A program made the translations under genes and the position numbers. A DNA stretch of 64,000 nucleotides from Reyranellaceae bacterium (lineage in GTDB: Bacteria; Pseudomonadota; Alphaproteobacteria; Reyranellales; Reyranellaceae). Location of the stretch: the NCBI GenBank assembly GCA_046349275.1, contig JAXMCN010000019.1, forward strand, positions 31,053 to 95,052, given 5' to 3'. Of this stretch, positions 10,654-20,114 are shown in pieces (within the stretch, counting starts at the first letter, position 1; each line of letters starts with the position of its first letter). Below the pieces are notes generated by a model. The model saw only the letters and a program-made list of their open reading frames with translations, was not told where the DNA came from and searched no databases.

Positions 10654-11762
10654 ATCCGCCGAGCGTTGCCGCCGGCGATCGCCAGCGCGATGTGCTCGGC
10701 GTCGGCGGCGGTGCAGTGGCCCTCCGCGATCCACGAGTCGAGGACCCGCCCCAGGGTTCGCCGAAACTGCAGGGCGCCGAGATAGTAGAGCTCGGGCAGG
10801 CCGAACGCGTCGGTGCTGAACAGATGCTTGCCGAACGGACCCAGCTCCATCGCGTGGCGCATGATCGCCAGGGCCGACGGGCCGGCATAGTTCAGGATCG
10901 CCCCGACATCGAAGTAGGCGTTCTGGAAGACCTCGGCGAGCCAGCCCGCCTCGCGCACGAAGGGATAGTTGTGCAGCAGGGCAATCGGCACCTCGACCGC
11001 CTCGGCGGCGCGGATGAAGCCGGTGAAGTGCGTGGGATCGCAAGCATGCATCGTGACGTCGGCGTCGCCGAAGCCGACATGCAGTTGCAGCGGCAGGCCG
11101 CGCTCGCGGCAGAGATCGAGGCCGAGCCACAGACCGAAGCGCAGGATCACCGGATTCTCGAGACGGGCCGGGCCGCGCTCGAGACGGGCCAGCCAGGTCG
11201 ACGCCGCGGCTGCGACCTCGGCCGGCGACGGACGCGTCTGGTCGATGGCGAAGCTGGCACGGTAGGCGACGATGCTCTTCAGGCCGACGGCGCCGGCCGC
11301 GCGCGTCCGCAACGCCTGCTCGCAGCGCGCCGCGAAGCCGGCCGCGTCGCCCGGTGCCGCGGCCTCGATCACGCTCTCGATGCGCACGACCTCGTCGCAC
11401 GGCGCCGCGGCCAGGTCCGCGAGCTCAGCCGGCGAGGTCACCTGGTCGCTGCGATGGCCGGTGTCGACGAGATAGCGGCCGATTCCGGTGGCCCGCAGCA
11501 GGCGCCGCGCCACTATCTCCGGGCCGATCTCCTGGCGACGCGCGATGTAGCGGTCCGCCGGCGCCAGCGGCTCGAGATCGAGCAGCGGCGCGCAATCGCG
11601 CCGCACCAGCAGGCCGAGCGGCTTGTCGAAGTGGCTGGTGCCCGGCGCCGGCGGCCGATGGCTCTCCGAGATCAGCGCCTCGAAGCGCGACCGGTCGAGC
11701 GCACCGCGCACGATTCCGTGGCAGTGATGGTCGACCAGCGGCAGGTCGTCGAGCAGCGGCAC
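10635..11762 (-). CDS. Amidohydrolase_2 family protein (FluG N-terminal/Rv1879-like)
   Basis: LVDHHCHG, GLKSIVAYR, LQLHVGFGD, LLHNYPF, LFSTDAF; GTG start approximate. Confidence 0.82.
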   Translation of the reverse strand: MPLLDDLPLVDHHCHGIVRGALDRSRFEALISESHRPPAPGTSHFDKPLGLLVRRDCAPLLDLEPLAPADRYIARRQEIGPEIVARRLLRATGIGRYLVDTGHRSDQVTSPAELADLAAAPCDEVVRIESVIEAAAPGDAAGFAARCEQALRTRAAGAVGLKSIVAYRASFAIDQTRPSPAEVAAAASTWLARLERGPARLENPVILRFGLWLGLDLCRERGLPLQLHVGFGDADVTMHACDPTHFTGFIRAAEAVEVPIALLHNYPFVREAGWLAEVFQNAYFDVGAILNYAGPSALAIMRHAMELGPFGKHLFSTDAFGLPELYYLGALQFRRTLGRVLDSWIAEGHCTAADAEHIALAIAGGNARRIYPLVG

Positions 11763-11775
11763 CGGCGGCGATGCC

Positions 11776-13110
11776 TCAGAACACCGCGACGTAGCGCGCG
11801 ATGACCTCCTGCTCGGGCAGGCCCGCCACGGCGCGCGCCTCGGCCCGCTTGAACTGCAGGTAGACGTCGAGGAACTGCGGACCGAACCAGTCGCGCGCCT
11901 CTTCGGTCGCCTCGAGCAGCGCCAGCGCGTCCTCGAGACGGGTCGGCAGGGCACGAAAGCCGGCCTGCTCGCGTTCGGCGTCCGACAGGCCCCACACGCC
12001 CTCGCGCGGCGCCGGCGCGAAGCCCTGCTTGCGGCGCAGCCCGTCGAGGCCGGCATGCAGCAGGCCGCCCAGCACCATGTGCGGGCTGGCGGTGGCGTCG
12101 GCGACGCGATACTCGACGTTGAACTGCCGCGCCGCCGATTCGTGCGCCGCGCCGAAGATCGGGCAGATGCGCAGCGAGGCGCCGCGGTCGCGGAAGCCGA
12201 CATTGTTCCAGGTCGGCGCCCAGCGGTTGGGCCGCAGGCGGTAGTAGGACGCGACCGACGGCGCGGTGACCGCGGTGAGCGCCCGGATATGGCGCTGGAT
12301 GCCGGCCACGAAATGCTCGCCCAGCGTCGACAGGCCATGCGGCCGCGCCGGGTCGTGCATGACCGGCTTGCCGGTCGTGTCGCGCAGGCTGAAGTGCACG
12401 TGGGTGCCGTTGCCGACCCCGTCGACCTCCATCAGCGGCGCGAAACAGACCTGGTTGCCGAGGCGGGCCGCGACGGCGCGCGCCATCTCGCGCACGATCA
12501 CCGCCTCGTCGGCGGCCCGCAGGCCCGTCTTGGGCGCCACCGTGACCTCGAACTGGGCCGGGGCGTACTCGGGCAGGAACGAATCCGGCGTCGTGCCGGC
12601 AGCCCGCAGCGCCGCGGTGAAGGCCTCGCCGAACAGGCCGGCGCGGCGGAACGAATCGTAGCCGTACGACGTGCCGGCGCGACCGTCGGCGGCCGGCATC
12701 ACGAACTCCTGCTCGAAGGCGGCCAGCAGCTCGAGGCCGAACTCGTCGCGCAGCGCCGTCACGGCGCGCTTCAGGAAGTCGCGCGGACAGCACGACCACG
12801 GCGCGCCCTCGGTGGTCATCAGGTCGCAGAGAAAGAATCGCTCGGGCGCCGAGGTACCGAACGGCACCTCGACCCGGGTCGTCGGATCGGCCGCCATGAC
12901 GATGTCGCCCTCGGTGCCGAACGGCGATTCGTAGATCGGGCCGAAGGCCGACATCATGATATTGGAGCCGGTCAGGCCGACTCCCTTGGTCAGCCGATCG
13001 TCGAGATCGGCGAGCGGGAAGCCCTTGCCGCGGAAATGTCCGCCGAGATCGCTGATGCCGAAAAAGACCAGTCCTTCGCGCAGCAGCGCGTCGCTTCCAC
13101 TCGTGCTCAT
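11776..13110 (-). CDS. Glutamine synthetase-family gamma-glutamyl ligase (GlnA3/FluG C-terminal-like)
   Basis: FEQEF, EYAPAQFE, GNGTHVHFSL, YYRLRPNRWAP, NVEYRVADATASP. Confidence 0.88.
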   Translation of the reverse strand: MSTSGSDALLREGLVFFGISDLGGHFRGKGFPLADLDDRLTKGVGLTGSNIMMSAFGPIYESPFGTEGDIVMAADPTTRVEVPFGTSAPERFFLCDLMTTEGAPWSCCPRDFLKRAVTALRDEFGLELLAAFEQEFVMPAADGRAGTSYGYDSFRRAGLFGEAFTAALRAAGTTPDSFLPEYAPAQFEVTVAPKTGLRAADEAVIVREMARAVAARLGNQVCFAPLMEVDGVGNGTHVHFSLRDTTGKPVMHDPARPHGLSTLGEHFVAGIQRHIRALTAVTAPSVASYYRLRPNRWAPTWNNVGFRDRGASLRICPIFGAAHESAARQFNVEYRVADATASPHMVLGGLLHAGLDGLRRKQGFAPAPREGVWGLSDAEREQAGFRALPTRLEDALALLEATEEARDWFGPQFLDVYLQFKRAEARAVAGLPEQEVIARYVAVF

Positions 13111-13167
13111 GCCGTCTCCCTGTCGCCGGACGCTGTAGCACGCCGGCGCGGGGATCGCAGCGCGGCG

Positions 13168-13614
13168 TCAGCCCTTCCAGCCCGGCGGCGGCTCGCACGG
13201 CGTCGTGCCGAGCACGCCCGGCGTCGAGACCTCGAGGATCTCCAGCTCGGACGAGGTGCGGATCTCGTTGTGCCGCATGTAGCCCGGGATGAACAGCGAA
13301 TCGCCTTCCTCGATCCGCAAGGTGCGGCAGTCCTCGAACTCGAGATCGACCCAGCCCTTGAGCACGTAGATGAACTGGCCGTCGCATTCGTGATAGTGCC
13401 AGCCGGTCGGCCGGCTCATGCCCTGGCTCGACGACATCACCTGGGCACGCAGGGTGCCGCGGCTCGCCTCGGCGACCTCGAGATCGCGATACTGGAAAAA
13501 GTCGCGACGACCCTTGACCAGCTTTGGCTGGGCGGCACGACCGTGGGCCACGGTCTGGCCGGCCGTCGCGCTCGCGGCCTTCGGAGCGGCGGCAGTGGCA
13601 GCGTCTTGCGGCAT
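13168..13614 (-). CDS. Cupin domain protein
   Basis: TGWHYHEC...YVLKGWV...GDSLFIPGYMRHNE; AAGGAGG RBS. Confidence 0.85.
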   Translation of the reverse strand: MPQDAATAAAPKAASATAGQTVAHGRAAQPKLVKGRRDFFQYRDLEVAEASRGTLRAQVMSSSQGMSRPTGWHYHECDGQFIYVLKGWVDLEFEDCRTLRIEEGDSLFIPGYMRHNEIRTSSELEILEVSTPGVLGTTPCEPPPGWKG

Positions 13615-13733
13615 CGTTCCTCCTTCGGCGCCCGTGCGGCGCCGCCGCGAGGGTCGCGCCGCGGCCGGCGACCTTCAAGGGAAATCCCTCGCCTGCCGTT
13701 GGCCGACGCAGCCCGACGGCCGATAGTACCGCC

Positions 13734-14534
13734 ATGAACCTGCCGACCGCCGCCGGCACCATCACCCTGCGCGCGCTGCTGCTCGGCCAGCGCCTCGACA
13801 CGCGCGGGCTCGAGCGCGGGGACGCGATCGGCCTGATGCCGCTCGCCTTGCGGGTCGGCGCGCAGGGCGTCGCCTTCCTGTTCCGCTTCGGGGTCGCGGT
13901 GCTGGTCGGCCTGTCGAGCGACGAGGAGGCGGCCCTGCTTGCCACCTTGCGGCCGCGCCTCACCGAACCGCTGGCCGCGCCGGAAGTCGAGCAGGTGCCG
14001 ATCGCAGTGCGACCGGACGGCGACGACCAGATCGAGCCGTCGGGCACCATCGTGCTCAAGGATTCCTCGACCGACCGGCTGCAGATCGTCGCCGACGTGC
14101 TGTCCAAGAGCGTCGTGCTGGCGCTGCACGAGCAGCAGATCGCCGGCGCCTTCGACCGGATCGAGCCGCTGGCCGTCGGCATCAGGCGGCGCGGCCGGCC
14201 GGGCCGCGAGGCGCGCGCCCTGATCCGCGAGATCGGCGACATCCTGCTGACCCAGCATCGCATGGTCGGCAGGGTGGCGATCGGCGACAAGCCGGACGTG
14301 CTGTGGGACCGGCCCGACCTCGAGCGCCTCTACGCCCGTCTGGCCGACGAGTACGAGCTGGGCGAGCGCAGCGGCGCGATCGACCGCAAGCTCACCCTGC
14401 TGGGCGAGACGGCGCGCACCTTGCTCGACCTGGCGCAGGACCAGCGTTCGGTGCGGCTCGAGTGGTACATCATCGGCCTGATCTGCATCGAGGTCCTGCT
14501 GTCGGTCTACCAGCTGTTCCTCACGCGCCACTGA
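13734..14534 (+). CDS. RMD1 family (DUF155) membrane protein
   Basis: FLFRFGVAVL, DKPDVLWD, RLEWYIIGLICIEV C-terminal TM. Confidence 0.85.
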   Translation: MNLPTAAGTITLRALLLGQRLDTRGLERGDAIGLMPLALRVGAQGVAFLFRFGVAVLVGLSSDEEAALLATLRPRLTEPLAAPEVEQVPIAVRPDGDDQIEPSGTIVLKDSSTDRLQIVADVLSKSVVLALHEQQIAGAFDRIEPLAVGIRRRGRPGREARALIREIGDILLTQHRMVGRVAIGDKPDVLWDRPDLERLYARLADEYELGERSGAIDRKLTLLGETARTLLDLAQDQRSVRLEWYIIGLICIEVLLSVYQLFLTRH

Positions 14535-14545
14535 CCGCCGCGCGA

Positions 14546-15829
14546 TCAGGCGGCCTCGGCCAGGCGCGGCTGCGGCAGCAGCGCCGACTCGGCCTCGAAG
14601 CGCCGGCCGGCGCGCAGGCAGAAGGCGGGCCGCAGCAGCCGCTCGGCGATCACCCGCGTGCCCTCGTTGTCCTCGAGCCGGAAGCGGCCGGTGTCCTCGG
14701 CGAGGACCGAGACATCGGCTTCGACCCCGGGCGCCAACGTGCCGATCTCGTGCGCCATGCCGAGCATCGCCGCGGCGTTGCGCGTGACCATCGGCACGAC
14801 CCGCTCCAGCGGCACGCCCAGGGCGAGCAGGCCGGTCATCGCCGAGACCAGGGAGAAATTCTGCGCCCCGGCGAAGAGGTGCCCCTCCTGCGGATCGGGA
14901 TGCTGCTCCGGCGTGCCGCGCGGCCGCGGCACCGAGGTGTTGTAGCCGTGCATGTCGGCGCCCAAGGTGTCGGGCAGGACGCCGGCATCGAGCACCCGCC
15001 GCGCCATCGCGAAGGAGAAGTGCGAGCCGTGGCCGACATCGACTTTGAGGCCGCGCGCCAGGGCCTCGCGCACCACCGGATGGAGCCGGCCGTGGCGATC
15101 GACGAAGCCACCGGGATGGCGCGTGAAGGGATGCGCCAGCACGTCGCCCGGCTTCAGGAGGTCGAGCATCTCGGGCAGGATGGCATCGGCGTCGTAGGAC
15201 GTCTGCCCGTCGGGCAGCGGCCACAGCCGGCCGAAATGGATGTACAGCGGCAGCGCGAGCGTGGCGGCGATCTCGGCCGCCTTGCGCATCGCGCCGTCGC
15301 CCCAGCGCGTGAAGCCGCCGATCTCGGCATGCGCCTTCACGCCGCGTACCAGGTCGGCATTCTCCCGCGCCGCGCGCACGGTGTCGGCCACGGCGATGCA
15401 GTCGGGCCGGTAGAGCTCGGGGTAGTAGTGGCCTTCCAGCCCGCCGACCATGTAGGCCGAGATGAAGGCCAGCACCCGGCTGCGCGCCGGCTTGGCGACG
15501 TACTCGCGGAAGCCGGGAAAGGTCAGCACCGACGGGCCGCCCTGGTCGACCAGGGTCGTCACGCCCGAGCGCACGCCGACCTCGTCGGCCTCCAGGCCGA
15601 AGCGGCCGGTGACGTGGCGATAGACGTGCGCGTGGGTGTCGATCAGGCCGGGCAGCACGAGCTTGCCGCGGACGTCGATGACCTGCCGCGCCGGTGCGCG
15701 GATCTCTTCCGTCACGGCGGCGATGCGCCCGTCCTGCACCGCGACGTCGAACGGCCCGTCGAGCCCTTGCGCCGGGTCGATGACCCGGCCGCCGCGCAGC
15801 ACGAGATCGTAGGGCCGGACGGTGTCCAT
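14546..15829 (-). CDS. Amidohydrolase/deacetylase family metallohydrolase (dihydroorotase-like)
   Basis: PGLIDTHAHV, GVTTLVDQG, GVKAH, DVGHGSHFSF, LGADMHG. Confidence 0.85.
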   Translation of the reverse strand: MDTVRPYDLVLRGGRVIDPAQGLDGPFDVAVQDGRIAAVTEEIRAPARQVIDVRGKLVLPGLIDTHAHVYRHVTGRFGLEADEVGVRSGVTTLVDQGGPSVLTFPGFREYVAKPARSRVLAFISAYMVGGLEGHYYPELYRPDCIAVADTVRAARENADLVRGVKAHAEIGGFTRWGDGAMRKAAEIAATLALPLYIHFGRLWPLPDGQTSYDADAILPEMLDLLKPGDVLAHPFTRHPGGFVDRHGRLHPVVREALARGLKVDVGHGSHFSFAMARRVLDAGVLPDTLGADMHGYNTSVPRPRGTPEQHPDPQEGHLFAGAQNFSLVSAMTGLLALGVPLERVVPMVTRNAAAMLGMAHEIGTLAPGVEADVSVLAEDTGRFRLEDNEGTRVIAERLLRPAFCLRAGRRFEAESALLPQPRLAEAA

Positions 15830-15849
15830 GCTGTCTCCTTGGCGAGTCG

Positions 15850-16452
15850 TCATTCGATGCTGAAGTGTGCCTCGACCGGCCGGTTGGCCACGCCGTTGAT
15901 CGGCACGATGTCCTGCGGGCAGGCCGAGAAGGCGATTACCAGGTCCATCTCGGCGCGCAGCCGGACATGGCCGCCCGGCACCGGCCGCGGCGGCGCGGCG
16001 AACTGCAGCCCGCCGTCGGCGGCCCACGGGATGTTCATGAAGAGGTTGAGCGGGCTCGGCACCTCGGGCGGCACCAGGCCGAGCTCGGCCAGCGCCGCGT
16101 GCAGGTTGTCGGTGCAGTTGTCGTGATAACCCTCGACCCCCAGCAGGGCGTAGCGATGGCGGTCGCAGGCCGCCATCAAGGTGTCGTGGATGCCGCCCGA
16201 CGTGTCCTCGAGCACGGTCAGCATCGGCCGCCGGCGGTTGCTGCGCAGCACGTCGCCCGGGCGCGGCACGAGATGCAACGTGTGGGCGCGCGTATGCTCC
16301 ATGGACAGCAGTTCCGAAAGGTCGGCGCGGCTGAACGCCCAGGTATCGACCACCTGCTCGCCGTGCGTGTTGATCACCGTCACGGTCTGGCCGGCCGTCA
16401 TGACGGCGGCCTTGCCGCGTCGCGCCGGAATCTCGATCTCGGGAGCGGTCAT
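15850..16452 (-). CDS. DUF1989 / urea carboxylase-associated family protein
   Basis: QVVDTWAF, HDTLMAACD, NCTDNL, PLNLFMN, SACPQD. Confidence 0.88.
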   Translation of the reverse strand: MTAPEIEIPARRGKAAVMTAGQTVTVINTHGEQVVDTWAFSRADLSELLSMEHTRAHTLHLVPRPGDVLRSNRRRPMLTVLEDTSGGIHDTLMAACDRHRYALLGVEGYHDNCTDNLHAALAELGLVPPEVPSPLNLFMNIPWAADGGLQFAAPPRPVPGGHVRLRAEMDLVIAFSACPQDIVPINGVANRPVEAHFSIE

Positions 16453-16526
16453 GCCAATGTCTCCTTGCGTACCGTCGGGCAAAAGCCATGCCACGGCCTG
16501 GCGGCGCACGATAGGATCGCTGTCGC

Positions 16527-18848
16527 ATGGACGGAACCGCCCCCCGCTCGCTGGCGAGCCCGATCGAGGCGCCGGGCGCCCCCGGCGGCGCGCCGACCTG
16601 GACGTCGAGTGCCAAGGACATGGTCACGACGGCGCTCGGCATCGGACGCGTCTGGGTCACCCTGGGCCACGGGATCCTGAACGAGGTCTACTGGCCGGCG
16701 ACCGGCCTGCCGCAGATCCGCGACCTCGGCTTCATAGTCACCGGCCCGTTCGGCTGGGTCGAGCTGAAGCGGGCCGCCCGCTACAGTCTCAGTGTGCCGC
16801 GGCCCGACGTGCCGCTGCCGCGCGTCGTGCACGAGGGCGAGGGCTATCGCCTCGAGCTCGAAGTCGTCCCCGATCCTCTGCGCGACGTCGTGCTGGTGCG
16901 CCATCAGCTGAGCGGCGAGGGCACCCGGCTTTACACCCTGCTGGCGCCGCATCTCGAGAACAGCGGCCTCGACAACAATGCCGAGGCCGGCGCTGATCTG
17001 GTGGCCTGGAAGGGCGACAGCGCGCTCTGCCTGGCGAGTGACGGCGGCTTCGCGCGCAGCAGCGCCGGCTTCGTCGGCGTCTCCGACGGCTGGCAGGACT
17101 TCCACGTCAACGGCCGCATGGCCTGGACCTTCCAGGAAGCGCGCGGCGGCAACGTCGCGCTGCTCGGCGAGCTCGCCGCCCCCGAGGGCGTGCTGGCGCT
17201 GGGCTTCAGCAAGCGGCCGTCGGGGGCGCGCACCTTGGCTCTGTCCAGCCTGAGCGAAGGCTTTCCCGCGGTGCGCGCCCGCTTCGTCGCCGGCTGGCAG
17301 GAGTGGGGCGAGCAGCTGATCGTCCCCGACTGCCAGCCCGAGATCGAGCGCGAGGCCGTGCTGTCGGCGGTCATGCTCAAGGTCCATCAGGACCGCAGCT
17401 TCCCCGGCTCGATCGTCGCCAGCCTCAGCGTGCCATGGGGCAGCGCCTCCGACAGCTCGGGCGGCTATCACCTGGTGTGGGCGCGCGACTGCGTCGAAGC
17501 CGGGCTGGCGCTGCTGGCGGTCGGCGAGGTCGAGGACGCGCGCGCCATGCTGTCCTACCTGGTCGCCATCCAGTCGCCCGACGGCAAGTGGAACCAGAAC
17601 AGCTTCCCCGACGGCACGCCGTTCTGGACCGGCATCCAGCTCGACGAGGTCGGCTTCCCGGTGCTGCTGGCCGCCAAGCTCGCCGAGCGCGACGCGCTGA
17701 CCGGCCTCGCCGGCGTCGAGCGAATGGTGCAGCAGGCGGTCCGCTACCTCGCGCACAACGGCCCGATCAGCGCCCAGGATCGCTGGGAGGAGAATGCCGG
17801 CTTCAGCCCCTTCACCCTCGGCATCCAGATCGCCGCCCTGATCGCCGCCCAGCCGTTCCTGTCGCCCGAGGAGCATCGCTACGCGCTGTCGCTGGCCGAC
17901 TACTGGGACGAGCGGATCGAGGACTGGACCTACGTCGAGAGCGGCGTCCACGCGCGACCCTTCGGCGTCGACGGCTACTACGTGCGCATCGGTCCGACGG
18001 CGACCGACCAAGGCCTGCGCGGCCGCATCGAGCTCAAGAACCGCTGGGGCGAGATGATCGATGCCGCCGCGCTGGTCGGCATGGAGTTCCTGTACCTCGC
18101 GCGGCTCGGCCTGCGCGATCCGCACGACCGGCGCATCCGCAACACCCTGGCGGTGGCCGAGGGCCTGCTGCGCGTCGAGCTGCCGACCGGCGTCGCCTAT
18201 CGCCGCTACAATGGCGACGGCTACGGCGAGCACGCCGACGGCAGCCCGTTCGACGGCAGCGGCATCGGCCGGCCGTGGCCTCTGCTGGCCGGCGAGCGCG
18301 GCCACTACGAGGTCCAGGTCGGCCGCGATCCCCTGCCCTGGCTGCAATCGATGGCGCGCATGACCGGACCGGGCGGACTGATCCCCGAGCAGGTGTGGGA
18401 CGGCCCCTCGCTGCCGGAGCGCGGGCTCGAGCCGGGCAAGCCGTCGGGCGGCGCCATGCCGCTGGTGTGGGCGCACGCCGAGTTCCTGAAGCTGCTGGTG
18501 GCGCGCCAGCATCGCCGGCCGCTCGAATTGCTCGACGCCGTCGAGGAGCATGTCGCGCAGCGTCTGCGCGGCTCCGGGACCTGGCACTGGCGGCACGACG
18601 TGCCGTTCGAGTCGCTGCCGGCCGGACGCGACCTGCTGATCGACCTCGCGCGGCCGTTCGTGCTGCATTTCGGCTTCGCCGGCTGGCAGGAGATCGGCGA
18701 CCGGACCTCGCAGCCCCTGCCCTTCGCCCGCCACGGCGTACGCTTGACGGCGGCCGAACTGCGCGGCCGCGGCGCGCTCGACTTCACGTTGCGCGACGCC
18801 GGCGAGGGCCGCTGGGAAGGCCGCGACTTCCGGATCAGCCTGCCGTGA
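16527..18848 (+). CDS. Glucoamylase / glucan 1,4-alpha-glucosidase (GH15)
   Basis: GYHLVWARD, QDRWEEN, RRYNGDGYGE, GLIPEQVWD, PLVWAHAEF. Confidence 0.92.
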   Translation: MDGTAPRSLASPIEAPGAPGGAPTWTSSAKDMVTTALGIGRVWVTLGHGILNEVYWPATGLPQIRDLGFIVTGPFGWVELKRAARYSLSVPRPDVPLPRVVHEGEGYRLELEVVPDPLRDVVLVRHQLSGEGTRLYTLLAPHLENSGLDNNAEAGADLVAWKGDSALCLASDGGFARSSAGFVGVSDGWQDFHVNGRMAWTFQEARGGNVALLGELAAPEGVLALGFSKRPSGARTLALSSLSEGFPAVRARFVAGWQEWGEQLIVPDCQPEIEREAVLSAVMLKVHQDRSFPGSIVASLSVPWGSASDSSGGYHLVWARDCVEAGLALLAVGEVEDARAMLSYLVAIQSPDGKWNQNSFPDGTPFWTGIQLDEVGFPVLLAAKLAERDALTGLAGVERMVQQAVRYLAHNGPISAQDRWEENAGFSPFTLGIQIAALIAAQPFLSPEEHRYALSLADYWDERIEDWTYVESGVHARPFGVDGYYVRIGPTATDQGLRGRIELKNRWGEMIDAAALVGMEFLYLARLGLRDPHDRRIRNTLAVAEGLLRVELPTGVAYRRYNGDGYGEHADGSPFDGSGIGRPWPLLAGERGHYEVQVGRDPLPWLQSMARMTGPGGLIPEQVWDGPSLPERGLEPGKPSGGAMPLVWAHAEFLKLLVARQHRRPLELLDAVEEHVAQRLRGSGTWHWRHDVPFESLPAGRDLLIDLARPFVLHFGFAGWQEIGDRTSQPLPFARHGVRLTAAELRGRGALDFTLRDAGEGRWEGRDFRISLP

Positions 18849-18869
18849 GGCGGATCAGCCTGCCGTGAG
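18831..18869. repeat. Exact tandem direct repeat (19 bp, period 20) at convergent gene junction
   Basis: CGGATCAGCCTGCCGTGAG at 18831-18849 and 18851-18869. Confidence 0.9.
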
Positions 18870-20114
18870 ATAATCCCAGGCCGACAGTGCGTGGACCGTC
18901 GTGACGTGATGGAACTCGGCCAGGCTGACGCTTTCGTCGACGCCGCCCATGCCGGCCGGCGAACAGCCGTAGACGAAGGCCGGCACGCCGCGATTGCGCC
19001 AGAAGCGCGTGTCGGTGCCGCCCAGGCTGACGATCGGCTGCGGCGCGTAGCCCTGGGCCTCGGCGGCGTTGCCGATCAGATGGCTCATCATCTCGTGCGT
19101 CGGGTCGGACACGTTGGCCTCCGGCCCGCCCGGCAGCATCTCCTCGACCGTGACCATCGGATAGCGCGCCAGGATGTCCCGCACCTTGGCCATCACCGAG
19201 GCCCGCGCGATGCCGACCGGCAGGCGGCAGTCGACCTCGAGCACGCACTCGGCCGGCAGCATGTTGATCTTCACGCCACCATGGAGCGTGCCGATGTTGA
19301 CCGAGACGCGGCGCAGCACGTCCTTGGCGCCGGCGCCCAGCGAGCGGTCGATGGCGGCCTGCACCTCCGGCCGGTCGAGCGTGCGGCGCACGACCTCGGG
19401 CTCGTCGGGCCGCAGGGCCTCGATCGCCAGCAGATCCTGGATCAGCGCCGCCGCCACCTTGTTGGCGTTGCCGCCGGTGTGCGGATAGGCGCTGTGGCCG
19501 CCCGGCACGGCGACCTTGAAGCGCAGCCAGAGCATGCACTTCTCGCCGAAGCGCACGGTGGCCACGCCGCTCGGCTCGGTGTTGAGCACGCAGTCGCCCA
19601 GCACTTCCTGGGTCCGGTTCTCGAGCAGCCAGGCGGTGCCCCACTTGCCGCCGGTCTCCTCGTCCGACACCACGGTCAGGGTGACCCGGCCGTGCAACGC
19701 CGACTTGAGACGATGCAGGTAGGCGAAGACGAACAGCAGCGCCGTGGTGCCGTTCTTCATGTCGACGGTGCCGCGGCCGTGCAGGCGGCCGTCGGCGATC
19801 TCGCCTGACCAGGGATCGCGCTGCCAGGCGGCGACGTCGCCGGTCGGGAAGACGTCGAGATGGCCGTTCAGCACGAGATGGCGCCCCGGACCCGCCCCGC
19901 CCTCGAAGCTCGCGACCAGGTTGGGCGCATGCGCCAGCGGCGCCTCGGTGCGATGGGCGATCCCTTCGCCGTCGAGGAAGTCGCGGAACAGCGCCGCCGC
20001 GGCCAGCGTGTCGCCCGGCGGGTTGGCGGTGTCGATGCGCGCGAAGCGCTGCAGGAAGTCCTCGCGACGGGCGCGCTCGCCGTCGAGCCACTGCCGAAGC
20101 CGGTCGCGACTCAT
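18855..20114 (-). CDS. M20 family metallohydrolase (ArgE/DapE-like)
   Basis: NGHLDVFP, GRGTVDMKNG, DEETGG, NTEPS; ATG 20114 overlaps stop of upstream gene. Confidence 0.88.
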   Translation of the reverse strand: MSRDRLRQWLDGERARREDFLQRFARIDTANPPGDTLAAAALFRDFLDGEGIAHRTEAPLAHAPNLVASFEGGAGPGRHLVLNGHLDVFPTGDVAAWQRDPWSGEIADGRLHGRGTVDMKNGTTALLFVFAYLHRLKSALHGRVTLTVVSDEETGGKWGTAWLLENRTQEVLGDCVLNTEPSGVATVRFGEKCMLWLRFKVAVPGGHSAYPHTGGNANKVAAALIQDLLAIEALRPDEPEVVRRTLDRPEVQAAIDRSLGAGAKDVLRRVSVNIGTLHGGVKINMLPAECVLEVDCRLPVGIARASVMAKVRDILARYPMVTVEEMLPGGPEANVSDPTHEMMSHLIGNAAEAQGYAPQPIVSLGGTDTRFWRNRGVPAFVYGCSPAGMGGVDESVSLAEFHHVTTVHALSAWDYLTAG

